Of a DNA stretch of 64,000 bases, positions 49,001-59,400 are shown piece by piece; position 1 is the first letter of the stretch; each line of letters begins with the position of its first letter. The stretch is taken from contig JAUVVY010000019.1 in assembly GCA_030604405.1 (NCBI GenBank), positions 8,138 through 72,137 on the forward strand. The letters run 5' to 3'. A program made the translations under genes and the position numbers. The notes under the pieces are model-generated. The model ran no database searches and was not told the DNA's origin. It saw only the letters and a list, made by a program, of their open reading frames with translations. The DNA comes from a bacterium (GTDB lineage: Bacteria; Armatimonadota; Zipacnadia; Zipacnadales; UBA11051).

Positions 49001-49182
49001 CACTGGTCGGCCCAGGAGATGATCTTGTCTCTCTGCTCCTTGGCCCAGTCGTACTGCTCGATATTTTCCTGCATCCAGCCCAGGCGCTCTTCGGTGTAAT
49101 AAGTGCGGCCGGTCTTACCGAAAACCAGCGTGCAAACAGTCAGGAATACGGACGCGATTACGATCAGTCGCAGGATACTCAT
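46084..49182 (-). CDS. Secreted heparinase II/III-like (polysaccharide lyase-type) protein
   Basis: Signal peptide; GNYGMH, ESPSYN, HAHMERLNL...PDFGYP, HNTVMVD. Confidence 0.82.
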   Translation of the reverse strand: MSILRLIVIASVFLTVCTLVFGKTGRTYYTEERLGWMQENIEQYDWAKEQRDKIISWADQWVDYEDGRIKDLVPPLEVARSNSLHNSGCPVHGEEIMKFPGGKRGWKMSFDNMYKVQCPVDGEEYPSNDFWAYLQGGCKDNELLTGEYVDDGWGCKLPGHEKKFWFAAFFAGEMVNRWLRPAIKNMSQAYLLTGEEKYAHKTAVLLWQLAQYYPDYNYETQSRYGLEFQSWYYGRLNYHTWECFTIQDVTLAYDAIYPTLDNDAALQEWTSKSASEIKADIENRMFRVAAKDITDGSGRIRGNYGMHQSALLRIALVLDTDEGEQTSADMVDWVVKGPEIVDSYGITPLPDALVNLFHRDGIAFESPSYNCHWMTDLAEVANLLLLNGVNMWEAPRFQAMYLAPIKMTVCGTMTQPMGDSNNQFAAALGVSPTYLERAFERMRDPRQAGIMVQRAEAGSKFRTDLFEKSMEQEVRSMAADYGKPVGVESSLLPGLGYATLQTGNEDNRTAIALHYGYYTAHAHMERLNLEIFSHDHTLIPDFGYPETADTYDPRRFGWLSHSAVHNTVMVDATCQSWGNGEPIAYHPGGWAQMVEARALNAYPDIDLGDFRRAVFLIDVDDDTAYCVDLFHVVGGSQHDWLVHGPPADFSPETIGFSEPRAEGTFAGPDVPYRQFYDDPTMIEGKQGTRYYPYKGSAYQWLFNVQQAALDGTGTVRWDLNRGPELYPNKPTEGLGLRAHLLGDEETVFACDGIPQRRPNFPEMHKWVIRRRAGDNLSSTFATVFEPFHESAPYIRQAEAVAVSPPDGSAAVSVTHTAGTDIIFWTAHPETEHSFGGYTVTGRAACIRLDLQGTPTAMRLFDGTKLKGAGQEVTSEGVATATIASMDYEKNTVTLDEPVLRDAHIGLWVTVDTGQHVDAVRIDKVLDRNVFSIGDQDLRCGIGNVLAIADGNVIQGDRLIYFAHPGMTVVNEGYEVVGHFAARERNDVRVMEKTVPEEAFKDLDGDGRKRFIIMAIGPGNTIAIPARADFSAD

Positions 49183-49362
49183 ATTGAAATGTCTCCTTGA
49201 ATGGCAGTCATTGGCATCATCGCTGCACCAACACAATACCTCCTTTCCCCACATTCACGCCATGTTCCTCCTCGGGGCCAAGGCAGGTAACAGAGCCAGT
49301 CTGACGAAGATTCAGATGACGGAACGCGAATAATAGAGTCTTCGCGCACACGGAGTTCACGG

Positions 49363-50568
49363 ATGAAGATAGCATATCTGGATATATTCTTCGGTATCAG
49401 CGGTGACATGACGCTCGGGGCGCTGGTGGATGCCGGCGTTGATGCCGATGAGTTGATTGCCGAGCTGAAGAACCTCGACATTGAAGGCTGGGAGATCAGC
49501 TTCGAGAAGGTCAAAGTGTCCGGCCTGGGAGCGACGCGGGCGACAGTGTCAGCCGCACACGAGCATCACCGCGACGACCACGGCATGGATCCCGGTCAGC
49601 TAATTGAGATAATCGAGCGCGCCAGCCTCAACGATAGTGTCAAGCAAAGGGCCGTGGCGGTCATCGAGCGCGTCGCCGAGGCTGAGGCTGAAGCCCACCG
49701 CGTGCCCATCACGGATGTGCATTTCCACGAACTGGGCGGCTTGGACACGATCATAGATGTGGCCGGGGCGATCATCGGCTTTGACCTGCTCGGCGTTGAG
49801 AGAGTTTACTCTTCACCAATCCCGGTCAGCCACGGCTTTGTAAACTGCGCTCATGGCCGGCTGCCTGTGCCAGTCCCGGCTGTGGTAAACCTGTTGAAAG
49901 GCGTGCCGACGATCCCGCTCGATGTCGCTGGCGAGACCGTCACACCCACGGGCGCAGCGATCGCTACGGTATTGTCCAGTGGCTTTGGGACCATGCCGGC
50001 GATGACACTGCTTTCCTCGGGCTTCGGCGCCGGGCATAAGGAATTCCCCGAAGCGGCGAACCTGCTCCGGATCATAGTCGGCGAAGCAGGCGAGGCCAGG
50101 GCAAGCGGCAGGTACGAAGCTGACGTGCAGATTCTCATCGAGGCCAACATAGATGATATGAATCCCGAGCTTTATGAGGCGGCGCAGCAGGCAATTTTCG
50201 AGGCCGGCGCCGTGGACTGCTGGTTCACGCCGATCTTTATGAAGAAGAACCGGCCGGCGGTCAAGCTGTCGGCGCTGGCTGCTCCTGGCAATGCCGATGC
50301 AGTGGCCGACGCCATAATGACCAACACCACGACCTTCGGAGTGCGGCGACTTGAGACGCGACGAGACTGCCTGGCGCGGGAGACCAGACACGTGGACACC
50401 GCCTACGGTACCGTCGGCGTCAAGGTCGGAATGCGGGCCGGTGAGATTATCACCGTGTCCCCGGAATTTGCCGATTGCCGGCGACTGGCCGCCGAGCACG
50501 CCGTGGCGGTCAAGACCGTCTATCAGGCTGCAGTTGCGGCAGCCGCTGCACTGCTCAAGTCACCCTAG
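49363..50568 (+). CDS. larC: Nickel-pincer cofactor Ni insertase LarC
   Basis: AYLD.FFGISGDM.LGALVDAG, His-rich loop, VHFHELG..DTI.D, CAHG.LPVP.PA, TPTGAA, NIDDMNPE, MKKNRP, TTTFGVR. Confidence 0.95.
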   Translation: MKIAYLDIFFGISGDMTLGALVDAGVDADELIAELKNLDIEGWEISFEKVKVSGLGATRATVSAAHEHHRDDHGMDPGQLIEIIERASLNDSVKQRAVAVIERVAEAEAEAHRVPITDVHFHELGGLDTIIDVAGAIIGFDLLGVERVYSSPIPVSHGFVNCAHGRLPVPVPAVVNLLKGVPTIPLDVAGETVTPTGAAIATVLSSGFGTMPAMTLLSSGFGAGHKEFPEAANLLRIIVGEAGEARASGRYEADVQILIEANIDDMNPELYEAAQQAIFEAGAVDCWFTPIFMKKNRPAVKLSALAAPGNADAVADAIMTNTTTFGVRRLETRRDCLARETRHVDTAYGTVGVKVGMRAGEIITVSPEFADCRRLAAEHAVAVKTVYQAAVAAAAALLKSP

Positions 50569-50584
50569 AGAGAGGGGCAACGGA

Positions 50585-52057
50585 ATGGAAAGCAAGCAGA
50601 TGCTGATCGGAAAAGACTGGCTATCGGCGGCTGACGGCGGGGAGTTTGATAACATCAACCCCGCCAACGGCAAGCTGATATGCCGCATTGCCCGTGGCGG
50701 AGCCGAAGATGTTGACAGGGCAGTGCAAGCTGCGCAGGGGGCATACGACACAGCCTGGAGCAAGCTGGACGCCGCTGAGCGCGGACAACTCTTGCATCGC
50801 ATGGCCGATATCATACAAGAGCGCACCGATGAGCTGGCCCTGATGGACACCGAAGATATGGGCAAGCCGCTTATCCAGACGACAACGGGCGATGTGGTCG
50901 GTGCGCAGGCGTTCCTGCGCTACTACGCGGGCCTGGCCGACAAGATCGAGGGCATAACCTATGCGACGCCGGATGGCTGTTTCGGCTATAGCACCCGCGA
51001 GCCGTACGGAGTGGTCGGCTGCATCGTGCCATTCAATTATCCGCTGGCCCTGGCCTGCATCAAGGTCGCTCCGGCTCTCGCAGCGGGCAACACAGTGATC
51101 CTCAAGCCCGCCTCGGTATCGCCGCGCACGGCCCTGGAACTGGGCCGAATCGCCCTCGATGCAGGCCTGCCGGCAGGCACGCTGAATGTTGTCACAGGCC
51201 TGGGCAATGAAGCCGGCGCAGCAATGGCCGTCCATGACGGCATCGAAAAGATCAGCTTCACCGGCAGCACCGCCGTGGGACGCAGCCTCGTGGAGGCGTC
51301 GGCCGGCAATTTCAAGAAGCTCACCCTGGAGCTAGGCGGCAAGACGGCCAACATAGTACTGCCCGACGCCGATCTCGACATGGCGCTACCAGCGGCCGCG
51401 CGAACAATTTTCCTGAATTCCGGCCAGATATGCACTGCCGGCTCGCGACTGCTTGTGCACCGTGACATGAAAGACGAGATACTCGCCAGACTTGTGCCGA
51501 TTGCCGAGAGCCTCAAGGTCGGCGACCCACTGGCTCCTGATACCAAGCTGGGGCCGGTGGTCTCGAAAGAGCAGTTCGAGCAGGTGATGGGCTACATCGA
51601 GGCAGGCAAGCAGCAGGGCGCAGAGATAATAACTGGCGGCGGCAGGCCGGATGATCCGGAACTGGCCGACGGCTACTACATCGCTCCCACCATCTTCGAC
51701 AATGTAGGCCCTGCTATGAAGATATGCCAGGAGGAAATCTTCGGCCCGGTCCTGTGCGTACAGACCTACAGTGACGAAGAGGAAGCGATAGAACTGGCCA
51801 ACGCAACCGGCTACGGGCTGGCCGCCGACTTGTGGACGCGCGATGTCAACAAGGCGCACAAGCTCGCGGCGCGGTTACAGGCGGGCATCATCTGGATCAA
51901 CTGCACCAATGTCGTCGGCCCGTGGATGTCCTATGGCGGATACAAGGCAAGCGGCCTGGGCTTTGAAGGTGGCATTGAGTGCATACACGAACTCACTCGC
52001 CCCAAGAGCGTGGTTATTGACGTAACTGAGCAGCCGAATACCTGGGCGATAGACTGA
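50585..52057 (+). CDS. Aldehyde dehydrogenase family protein
   Basis: PFNYP, KPA, FTGSTAVG, LELGGK, GQICTAGSR, EEIFGPV. Confidence 0.96.
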   Translation: MESKQMLIGKDWLSAADGGEFDNINPANGKLICRIARGGAEDVDRAVQAAQGAYDTAWSKLDAAERGQLLHRMADIIQERTDELALMDTEDMGKPLIQTTTGDVVGAQAFLRYYAGLADKIEGITYATPDGCFGYSTREPYGVVGCIVPFNYPLALACIKVAPALAAGNTVILKPASVSPRTALELGRIALDAGLPAGTLNVVTGLGNEAGAAMAVHDGIEKISFTGSTAVGRSLVEASAGNFKKLTLELGGKTANIVLPDADLDMALPAAARTIFLNSGQICTAGSRLLVHRDMKDEILARLVPIAESLKVGDPLAPDTKLGPVVSKEQFEQVMGYIEAGKQQGAEIITGGGRPDDPELADGYYIAPTIFDNVGPAMKICQEEIFGPVLCVQTYSDEEEAIELANATGYGLAADLWTRDVNKAHKLAARLQAGIIWINCTNVVGPWMSYGGYKASGLGFEGGIECIHELTRPKSVVIDVTEQPNTWAID

Positions 52058-52296
52058 CCTGCATCATTCATAAACGCGTGGCTCGGCCTGACCTGCGCTA
52101 AGCGCAGGTCAGGTGAGAACGCGAGGGCACCCACGCCAGAGGCGTGGGTCAGCGTTCTCAGCTTCCAGCCCGAGGTCGTTGCGCTGATTACACTGTGCCA
52201 TTTTGCGCCACTTAGCAAGAACCGCTCTACCTGCCCATGGACGGCCTGTCTGTCCAATCTTGCCAACCGTCCCATTTCACTCACGAATAGTCCAGG
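52058..52296. mobile_element. Structured MITE/REP-composite element, copy 2
   Basis: Homolog of 45607-45809 with a swapped inner hairpin and about 35 extra bp; begins immediately after the ALDH stop codon. Confidence 0.6.
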
Positions 52297-52321
52297 CTAA
52301 TTCGGCACGCGGGAGCATGCG

Positions 52322-54382
52322 ATGGAGCAAGTTTCGGTCGTCACCATGTTGTGGACGCTGGCGCTGGCGTACATGGCTACTTACGGGCTGGGTGCGGCTG
52401 CGTGTGCGTTGGCGAAGATACGCCCCACCGGTGGGATCGGGCGCATCGGCGTATTCTGCGGCGTGGGAACGGTCATCGTCGGCTGGGTGGGATACATTTG
52501 TGCGGTCAACTCCTGGGAATTGCTGGCGCGGCTGGTGGTGTGGATTGCGGCCCTGACAGGCGCAGCGCTGATAGCATGGCATCGGCGGCAGGACCGGGAC
52601 GAAGATGAGCCGATACCGGGACGGGCGCTACTTGTCCTCATGCTGGCGATAGTGATAGCCATCGGCTACCGGGCGGGGATTAGTTACGGTCAAGTGAGGC
52701 TGACTGATGAGGGCCTGTCTGCCCGCGGTCTATGGCCCGATCTGCTGTACCGCAACGCCATCGTCAAGGAGTTCATGACCTTTGACGGCCCGCCACAATG
52801 GCCGTGGCTGGCAGGCAAGCCGCTGAAGGGCACATCGGTGCTGCGGTTCTCGGCCACTGCGACGTTGCTGTCGGCAGCAGGAGTTCGGCCGGACCAGTAC
52901 CAACATGCCGCTTCGTGGCTGGGGCTGTACGGGATACCGGTGGCGGCGGGTGCGATCTTTGCCCTGCTGCGATTCGCCGGGGCAGCGCCGATGGTCGCAG
53001 CTCTGGCGGTGCTGATAACCGCCTTCTTCGGCAATCCGCGCTGGCTGATGGCGGAGCGCTTCGCGCACTCTCCGACCTTGGTGTGGGCGGGCGGCGATGT
53101 GTTCGCATTTGTTTTCCCGGCATTCTATGCGACCGTCGCAGTAGCTTTCGCGGTCGCGGGGCGGTTCATTTGGCCGGCGGCGATACTAGGCATCTTTATG
53201 CTTGGGAGCGTGACAGCTTTCGGACCATGGTTCGCGCTGGCTCTCACTTTCGGAATACTGCTATGGCTGCTCTATTGCCTGGTAAGCCGCAGTTCCTGCA
53301 AGGCCGCGCTGGCGTTATCCATTGGCGCAGTGCTGGGGCTGGTGACGCTGAAGACGTTATGTGGCACAGGCGCTGGCGGCGGGAGCCTGTTGGCTATCCT
53401 GGGGCCGTCTCCGGTAATCCGCTCGATGCAGTGGGCGTTTCCGTTCCTGGCTGAGCCACTCGGCCCGCTGATCGCTGACATGTCGCCGCTAGCCATCGCC
53501 AAGCTGCTCAAGTTCGCCATTGCCTACGGCTGCGCGGCTATGTTCTTCATGCTGGGCAGCCTGTGGGTACGGGCGCTGTTCATTGCTGACTGGCGCCGCT
53601 GGGAATGGCGCAAGCTGGGCACTCCCGCCTACGCGCTGGGCGGAGGCATAGTTGTTGCCGGATTCCTGCTGACAACATGCTGCGATTTCAGCAAGGTTGC
53701 CTATGACTATGCCGGTTACGACATGCTGCGGCTGCTGTGGCTGCCACTGCTCTTTGCCAACCTTGCGCTTGCCCAATACGCATACGAGCATCGCGCAAAT
53801 TTGCGTCGCTGGTGGGCCATAGCTGTCGCCGTGATCGTCATCGGCCTGGGGGGATGGGAGTACAGCTACTACGTGCTTGAGAAGCGCATGATCGAGCCAC
53901 CTTACCATGTACGCGCCGCCGAGCTTGAGGTGATTTCCTACATCAATCAGCACGCCGATGCGGACGATACGGTGCTAATCAATCCCCTGGTGGCGGCGGA
54001 GACCAAACCGGAGAAGGTGGGGCATGACTGGGGTTATTTCTCAGGGCTTTGCATTCCTGCGCTATGGCTTGACAACCGCGACATGGCCTACAAGTTCGCT
54101 CAGCACCAGGAATGGGACCGGCGCGCGCTGCGTCTCAGAAGTGTGATGGCGCACAGTGACCCGATGACTGTGCTCTGGTTCCTGGGGAGCGAGGACATTG
54201 GCTGGATCTATCTGCAGGGAGACGATGACTTTGAAGTCGGTCTTGGAGAACCGGACTTGGGGTTGGAGACAGCTTTCAGCAACGAGGCGGGACGGCTCTA
54301 CCGCGTCGGCGCAACGGTCGATCAAACAGAATGGCGGTACATCGATCCGCTAAACGGACTGCAGGCCGTCGGCCGGCACTGA
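52322..54382 (+). CDS. Polytopic membrane protein, GT-C-like surface glycan modifier
   Basis: More than 10 TMs; loop WPDLLYR...P.WPWLAG.PL; C-terminal soluble domain ..IGWIY....FSNEAGRLY. Confidence 0.6.
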   Translation: MEQVSVVTMLWTLALAYMATYGLGAAACALAKIRPTGGIGRIGVFCGVGTVIVGWVGYICAVNSWELLARLVVWIAALTGAALIAWHRRQDRDEDEPIPGRALLVLMLAIVIAIGYRAGISYGQVRLTDEGLSARGLWPDLLYRNAIVKEFMTFDGPPQWPWLAGKPLKGTSVLRFSATATLLSAAGVRPDQYQHAASWLGLYGIPVAAGAIFALLRFAGAAPMVAALAVLITAFFGNPRWLMAERFAHSPTLVWAGGDVFAFVFPAFYATVAVAFAVAGRFIWPAAILGIFMLGSVTAFGPWFALALTFGILLWLLYCLVSRSSCKAALALSIGAVLGLVTLKTLCGTGAGGGSLLAILGPSPVIRSMQWAFPFLAEPLGPLIADMSPLAIAKLLKFAIAYGCAAMFFMLGSLWVRALFIADWRRWEWRKLGTPAYALGGGIVVAGFLLTTCCDFSKVAYDYAGYDMLRLLWLPLLFANLALAQYAYEHRANLRRWWAIAVAVIVIGLGGWEYSYYVLEKRMIEPPYHVRAAELEVISYINQHADADDTVLINPLVAAETKPEKVGHDWGYFSGLCIPALWLDNRDMAYKFAQHQEWDRRALRLRSVMAHSDPMTVLWFLGSEDIGWIYLQGDDDFEVGLGEPDLGLETAFSNEAGRLYRVGATVDQTEWRYIDPLNGLQAVGRH

Positions 54383-56236
54383 TCAGACTACGCCCCGCGC
54401 ATATCGCGCCACAATGTCCGCAATCCGTTCGCAGGCTTTCCCGTCAGTGGGGCCGACCTGAGCGGCCAGGAATTCCTCGCGCTTTTGTGCCAGTTCCCTC
54501 CTGAAGCGCTCGTCGAACAGCAGCTTGCGCAGTTGCGGCAGGATGTCCTCGCGCTTGTAGATGCCGACAGCCCCGCCCAGCTTTGCATACGGGAACCAGT
54601 CGTCGCGTCCGGTCAGGTTGATCGTCACTGTCGGCGTGTCAAGCAGGTTGGCCTCAAATACCACCGTTGAGTCGCGAGTAACCATCACATCACAGACGGC
54701 AAGCAGTTCGTTGAGCGAGTACTGGCCGTGTTCCGCGATGGTGACGGTGTCAGGATGAGCTTGAGCGGCCTGCTGGTAGAGCTGGTGGTTAGTGTCGGCC
54801 GGATGGAGCTTCAGGACTAGCGCGGCATCGAGTTCGGCGCATGCTTCCGCCACCGCCGCGATCCACCAGCTTGCGTAGTCTTCATAGAAGTGCTGCTCAT
54901 TCGGCTGGGTGGCCAGCACTACCAGCGCCGCCTTGCCTTCGCCCAGAGCTGCGATCTCATCCGCGACGACCCTCTTTGTCGCGATGGCCGTGTCGTAGAG
55001 GCTGTGGCCGGTCTGCATGATCTGCGGGTCCGGCCCCAGCAGCCATCTGTGGACCTCTTCGGAGTGAGACCCCCACACCAGCGCCTCGTCGAATTGCTGG
55101 GCGCCCGCCACGTAATACCAGTCACTTACGAGGCCGTGCTGCACCAGCACGCGACCGATTCCCAACACACCCGCCTGACGCACCAGAGCGACTGCGGCCG
55201 GCGCGTACATGTGGTAAGTCACTACGACTCTAGGGGTGAGCTGTGCCAGTGCGTGCTCGCTGCCGGTCTTGCGCAGGAGCCACAGCGGCGTATGTCTCGC
55301 CAGGCTCATTTTCACGCGGTCGCTTATGGCTGTCTTCAGGCCGGGCGACAGTGCGTTGAACTCCGGCACGCTTTCGGCATTCGCGATAAAGTGGCGATAC
55401 CACATCGGCCAGCGCGCCGCTTTCACTTTCAGCCCGCTCACATCGCGGCTGGTAAAGAACTGGCCGAGGTCGTAGCGGGGCAGGCCCTGGCGCTCGATGG
55501 CGCTGGTAAAGCGGTCATGGTGCAGATCAAGCACCGCACAGCGCAGGCCGTGAACTGTCGTCAGTGGCTCCCGGATGTTAGCGATGACCTGGGCCGTTGC
55601 TGCGCCGACACCGGTGAACAGCACATCGCAGCGCCGGATCTCCGCATCCGCTCCCTTTGTTCCTTGCTCACACTGGCGCAACTCCTCACGCAGCTCTCTG
55701 GCCCCGGTGAATCTTGCGCCCGCCGGCATAAGCAACTCGCGCAGCCAGTGGAGTATCTTTCCCGGCCTGGCGCTCCAGGGCACGCCGGCGGCATCGAGTA
55801 TCTCGGCTGCCACGGGCAGCAAATGGGTCTTACCCGCCCACCAGCCCAGATCATTGGACCGCTCGATGATGCAGGCCCTTTGCCAGCTTGCCTTTTCCAC
55901 GACAGCGCTCAGCACTTCCCTCGTCGCTAGCAGCGGGGCGAGCGAGAACAAGCCGAACCAGCCCGCGAAATCCTCCCAGAAAGTCGCGCCGGCCACCTCG
56001 GGATGCATGGCCCCATCCATCGCGGCTGCAAGCTGCTGCGACCTTGCTCCGATCTGCTTTATGGAGCTGCGCACCTCGGCGTGTTCGGGCCGCGCTGTGG
56101 TGATAAATGCCAACGGGTCGGTCACGGCTTCGATGACGCTCTGGCCCGCCCGCGCGGAAATGCTGTCGGCAGCCCCGGACGGAACAATCACAAGCTGGTC
56201 CGGCGTTTCTACTAACTGAGCTTCAGGTGCATCCAA
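54383..56236 (-). CDS. Surface carbohydrate biosynthesis protein (GT-B; CDP-glycerol phosphotransferase/sialyltransferase-like)
   Basis: LVQHG, VWG, TGHSLYD, LATQP, LKLHP, STVVFEA, DGKACERIA. Confidence 0.75.
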   Translation of the reverse strand: MDAPEAQLVETPDQLVIVPSGAADSISARAGQSVIEAVTDPLAFITTARPEHAEVRSSIKQIGARSQQLAAAMDGAMHPEVAGATFWEDFAGWFGLFSLAPLLATREVLSAVVEKASWQRACIIERSNDLGWWAGKTHLLPVAAEILDAAGVPWSARPGKILHWLRELLMPAGARFTGARELREELRQCEQGTKGADAEIRRCDVLFTGVGAATAQVIANIREPLTTVHGLRCAVLDLHHDRFTSAIERQGLPRYDLGQFFTSRDVSGLKVKAARWPMWYRHFIANAESVPEFNALSPGLKTAISDRVKMSLARHTPLWLLRKTGSEHALAQLTPRVVVTYHMYAPAAVALVRQAGVLGIGRVLVQHGLVSDWYYVAGAQQFDEALVWGSHSEEVHRWLLGPDPQIMQTGHSLYDTAIATKRVVADEIAALGEGKAALVVLATQPNEQHFYEDYASWWIAAVAEACAELDAALVLKLHPADTNHQLYQQAAQAHPDTVTIAEHGQYSLNELLAVCDVMVTRDSTVVFEANLLDTPTVTINLTGRDDWFPYAKLGGAVGIYKREDILPQLRKLLFDERFRRELAQKREEFLAAQVGPTDGKACERIADIVARYARGVV

Positions 56237-56410
56237 AGAGCAGTACCTCCGCCGTTATGATAGCCTGCCTTCGATAAACTTGGCAAGCGTGGCGGCCAAT
56301 TGCCTCGCGCGCTAACACTCACATAGTGTAGGAGGACTGGCAACCATCGGCGGCGAACTAATAGGTGCTTCATGCCAGTCAATACTGATGCTTGTGGGGT
56401 AAGTAGCCTG

Positions 56411-59400
56411 ATGAGATTACACCGAGCAGTTGCGTTTGCCAGTTTGTTTGTGATGCTTGCGGCCCAGTCGGCGCTTTTTGCCGAGAGAATTGAATTCGAT
56501 CCCAAGACCATGATGCGGGCCAGCGACGTGCGGCCGGGCATGCGCGGAGTTGGCAAGTCGGTCTTCCGTGGGGTCGAGATCGAGGAGTTCAGCTTCGAGA
56601 TTGTGGGACGGCTGGAGAAAGTCATACTCGGCAGGGACATGATCTTGGGCCAGATAACCGGCGGCCCACCGATAGACCGCAACGCCGGTGTCATTGGCGG
56701 AATGAGCGGAAGCCCCTGCTACATACGTGGCAAGTTGCTGGGGGCGCTGGCGTACGGGTGGTTCTGGCAGAAGGAAGCCAGATTCGGCATCACCCCGATC
56801 GAGGATATGTTAGAAGCGACATGGGGGCAGGAGGCGGAAGCGGCCGCAGTCGGGGCAAGCGGCAGGTGGACCGCACGAGAGCCGATACATATCGCCGGGC
56901 GGCAGATCACCGGCGCGGTGGTGGGACCAGCCAATTCCACCCGACCCTTCGCGGACCCGCACACCATCATCCTTCACCCCGTTTCGCCGCCGATAACCTG
57001 CAGTGGTATGAGCCCGCAGGCCATGAAGCTGATGAAGAGAATGTTGGAGCCACGTGGGGTGACGGTGCTGGCCGGCCCGGGCACGAAGAGCAATCCGGTT
57101 GATGTGGAGTTGGAACCCGGAAGTGCGGGCGGTGTGCGGCTGATGAGCGGCGATTTTGAAGCCGCCTCAGTCGGCACTATCACCTATCGCGAGGGCGACC
57201 AGTTGCTGGCCTATGGCCACCCGCTCATGGAGCTTGGGCGCACGAAGATGCCAATGTGCACCGGTTGGATCCATGATGTCATGCCCAGCATTGACAGGTC
57301 GGCAAAGATCGGCTCGGCGATGGTGGATGTAGGAACGATGTTCAGCGACACGCCGTGGTCAATAGCCGGGAGGCTGGGCCAGGTGCCAGAGACCATACCG
57401 GCCTCGTTCCACATAGTTGACCGGTCGCGGAACGTGACGAAGGACTTCCACGTACAAGTCTGCGATCAGCCGATGATAACCTCGATGATGCTGACCAGCG
57501 CGATGATGTCGGCGGTGGAGGCGACCTTCAATGCCGGCTATGAGGGCATGGTGAAGCTGCACTATAAAGTGGTCGGTCAAAAGGGCGACACCATCGAGCG
57601 CAGCAACACGTTCTACTTCCAACAGTCGGCCGTTTTCACGTTGATGTCAGAGCTGGCATTTCCCATGTACCTGCTGGAAGAGAACCGCTTCCGCCCGCAG
57701 AACATCGCCTCTCTGGAAGTCACCGCCGAATTCAACGAACAGGACAACACCGCCTTTATCGAGCGCGTCTATGCCGAGGAAAACGTCGCAGAGGCCGGCA
57801 AGGCCCTGCACCTGCACGTGGTGGTGCGTCCCGACGATGGCGAGCCGACAGACCGGGTAGTGACACTCAACATACCGATTGATACGCCTAAGGGCACGCT
57901 ACGGATTGCGGTGGCCGGTGGGCAAGCTGCCTGGACGCTGCGGTCCCGACTGCGACTGATGATGCCTGTTTGGAATGATCTGGACCCATTCATCAAGTTC
58001 TTCGAGGAGCAGGAACAGAACACTGAACTGGTAACCATCGCTGCACTGCCAAGCGCCGGCGTGATAGTCGGAGAGACGAGAATGTTCAGGTTGCCCGGCT
58101 CATTTGCATCATTGATCACTAGTTCGCCGCGCACCGACCTGCAAGGCGGCAAAGCGGAACTCTCGCATTCCGAGGCATCCCCGTGGGTGATTTATGGGAG
58201 TCAGTTCATGGCGATTTCGACGGTGGACCGAAAGGGCGCCAAGAGTGCCAAAGGCAAAGTGCCGTCGCCGGGGCCTGGCCCTGGTCCCGAGCCGCCACCC
58301 CCGCCCCCGCCCATGACCCAGTCTAACGGCGAAGCCTATCGGCGTCCGGGCGCTCTAGCGCCGTTCACAATGTACTGGGCGGCCGACGCATTCCCGGAAC
58401 CGCTCGCCACCAAGCTGCGTCAGGCCGCGCCCAGCCCGCTCCAACTGCCGCCGCCGGCGCCGCCCGATTTCGGACCGTCGTCTTCCCTGGAGGACATGGA
58501 AGAAATGATGAAACGAGAGGCCGAGAACGGGGATGAGAAGGACGAGGAAAAAGAGCCGGACAAAGAAGAGAAGAAGGACGAGCTGACGGCGCGCCAGCCG
58601 AGCGCCTGGACCCAGACAACGGCCAAGGACTTTCTGCAGGGTAAACTGGAGGGTGTGGCAGTGCGCAGCGACGGCGTCGTCACGCTGGCGCCGTATGTAG
58701 AGAAGATAGACTCGCCAGGTGCGTTCTATGTGCTCTCAGCGGTGGCTGATGCGGCCGGCAATGTCTATTTCGGCACCGGCAGCGAGGGGCACATCTATAA
58801 GATAGGTGAGAACAGCAAAGTGACGCTCTTTTGTGACATTGACACCTTCGCTGTCACCGGTCTTATCTGTGACGGCGAGGGTGGCCTGTTGGCAGCGACC
58901 TCACCCGGCGGCAAGGTCTATCAAGTCAGCAGCGACGGCAGTGCCGAAGTCTATTGCGAGTTGCCTGTAGATTACCTGTGGGCCATCGGCAAGACAGCGC
59001 AGGGGAAGATTACGCTGTGTACAGGCAGCGAAGGCAAGCTGTACGAGGTGCAGGGACCGGGGAAGTACAGCGAGGTCTGCAAATTGGCGCAGGCCCATAT
59101 CTTGTGTATGGCCGCGGACGGCGAATTCACGTATCTGGGCACCGCCAGCCAGGGCGTGGTCTATCGCCTCAGCGCGGATGGTCGCTATACGGCCCTTTTC
59201 GACGCCAAAGATAAGGACATCACCGCGATTGCAGTGCCGAAGTTGGCGGAGCAGGCTGGTAACAGAATCTACGTAGCGACAGCGTCCGGCAAGTCCGGCG
59301 GCGGCGTGTACGAAGTCTCAGCCGATGGCGCAGCATTGCTGCTGTACGAGGACAAGAAGACGCCCGTATATGCTCTGGCTTGCATGGACGGCGCTCTGTA

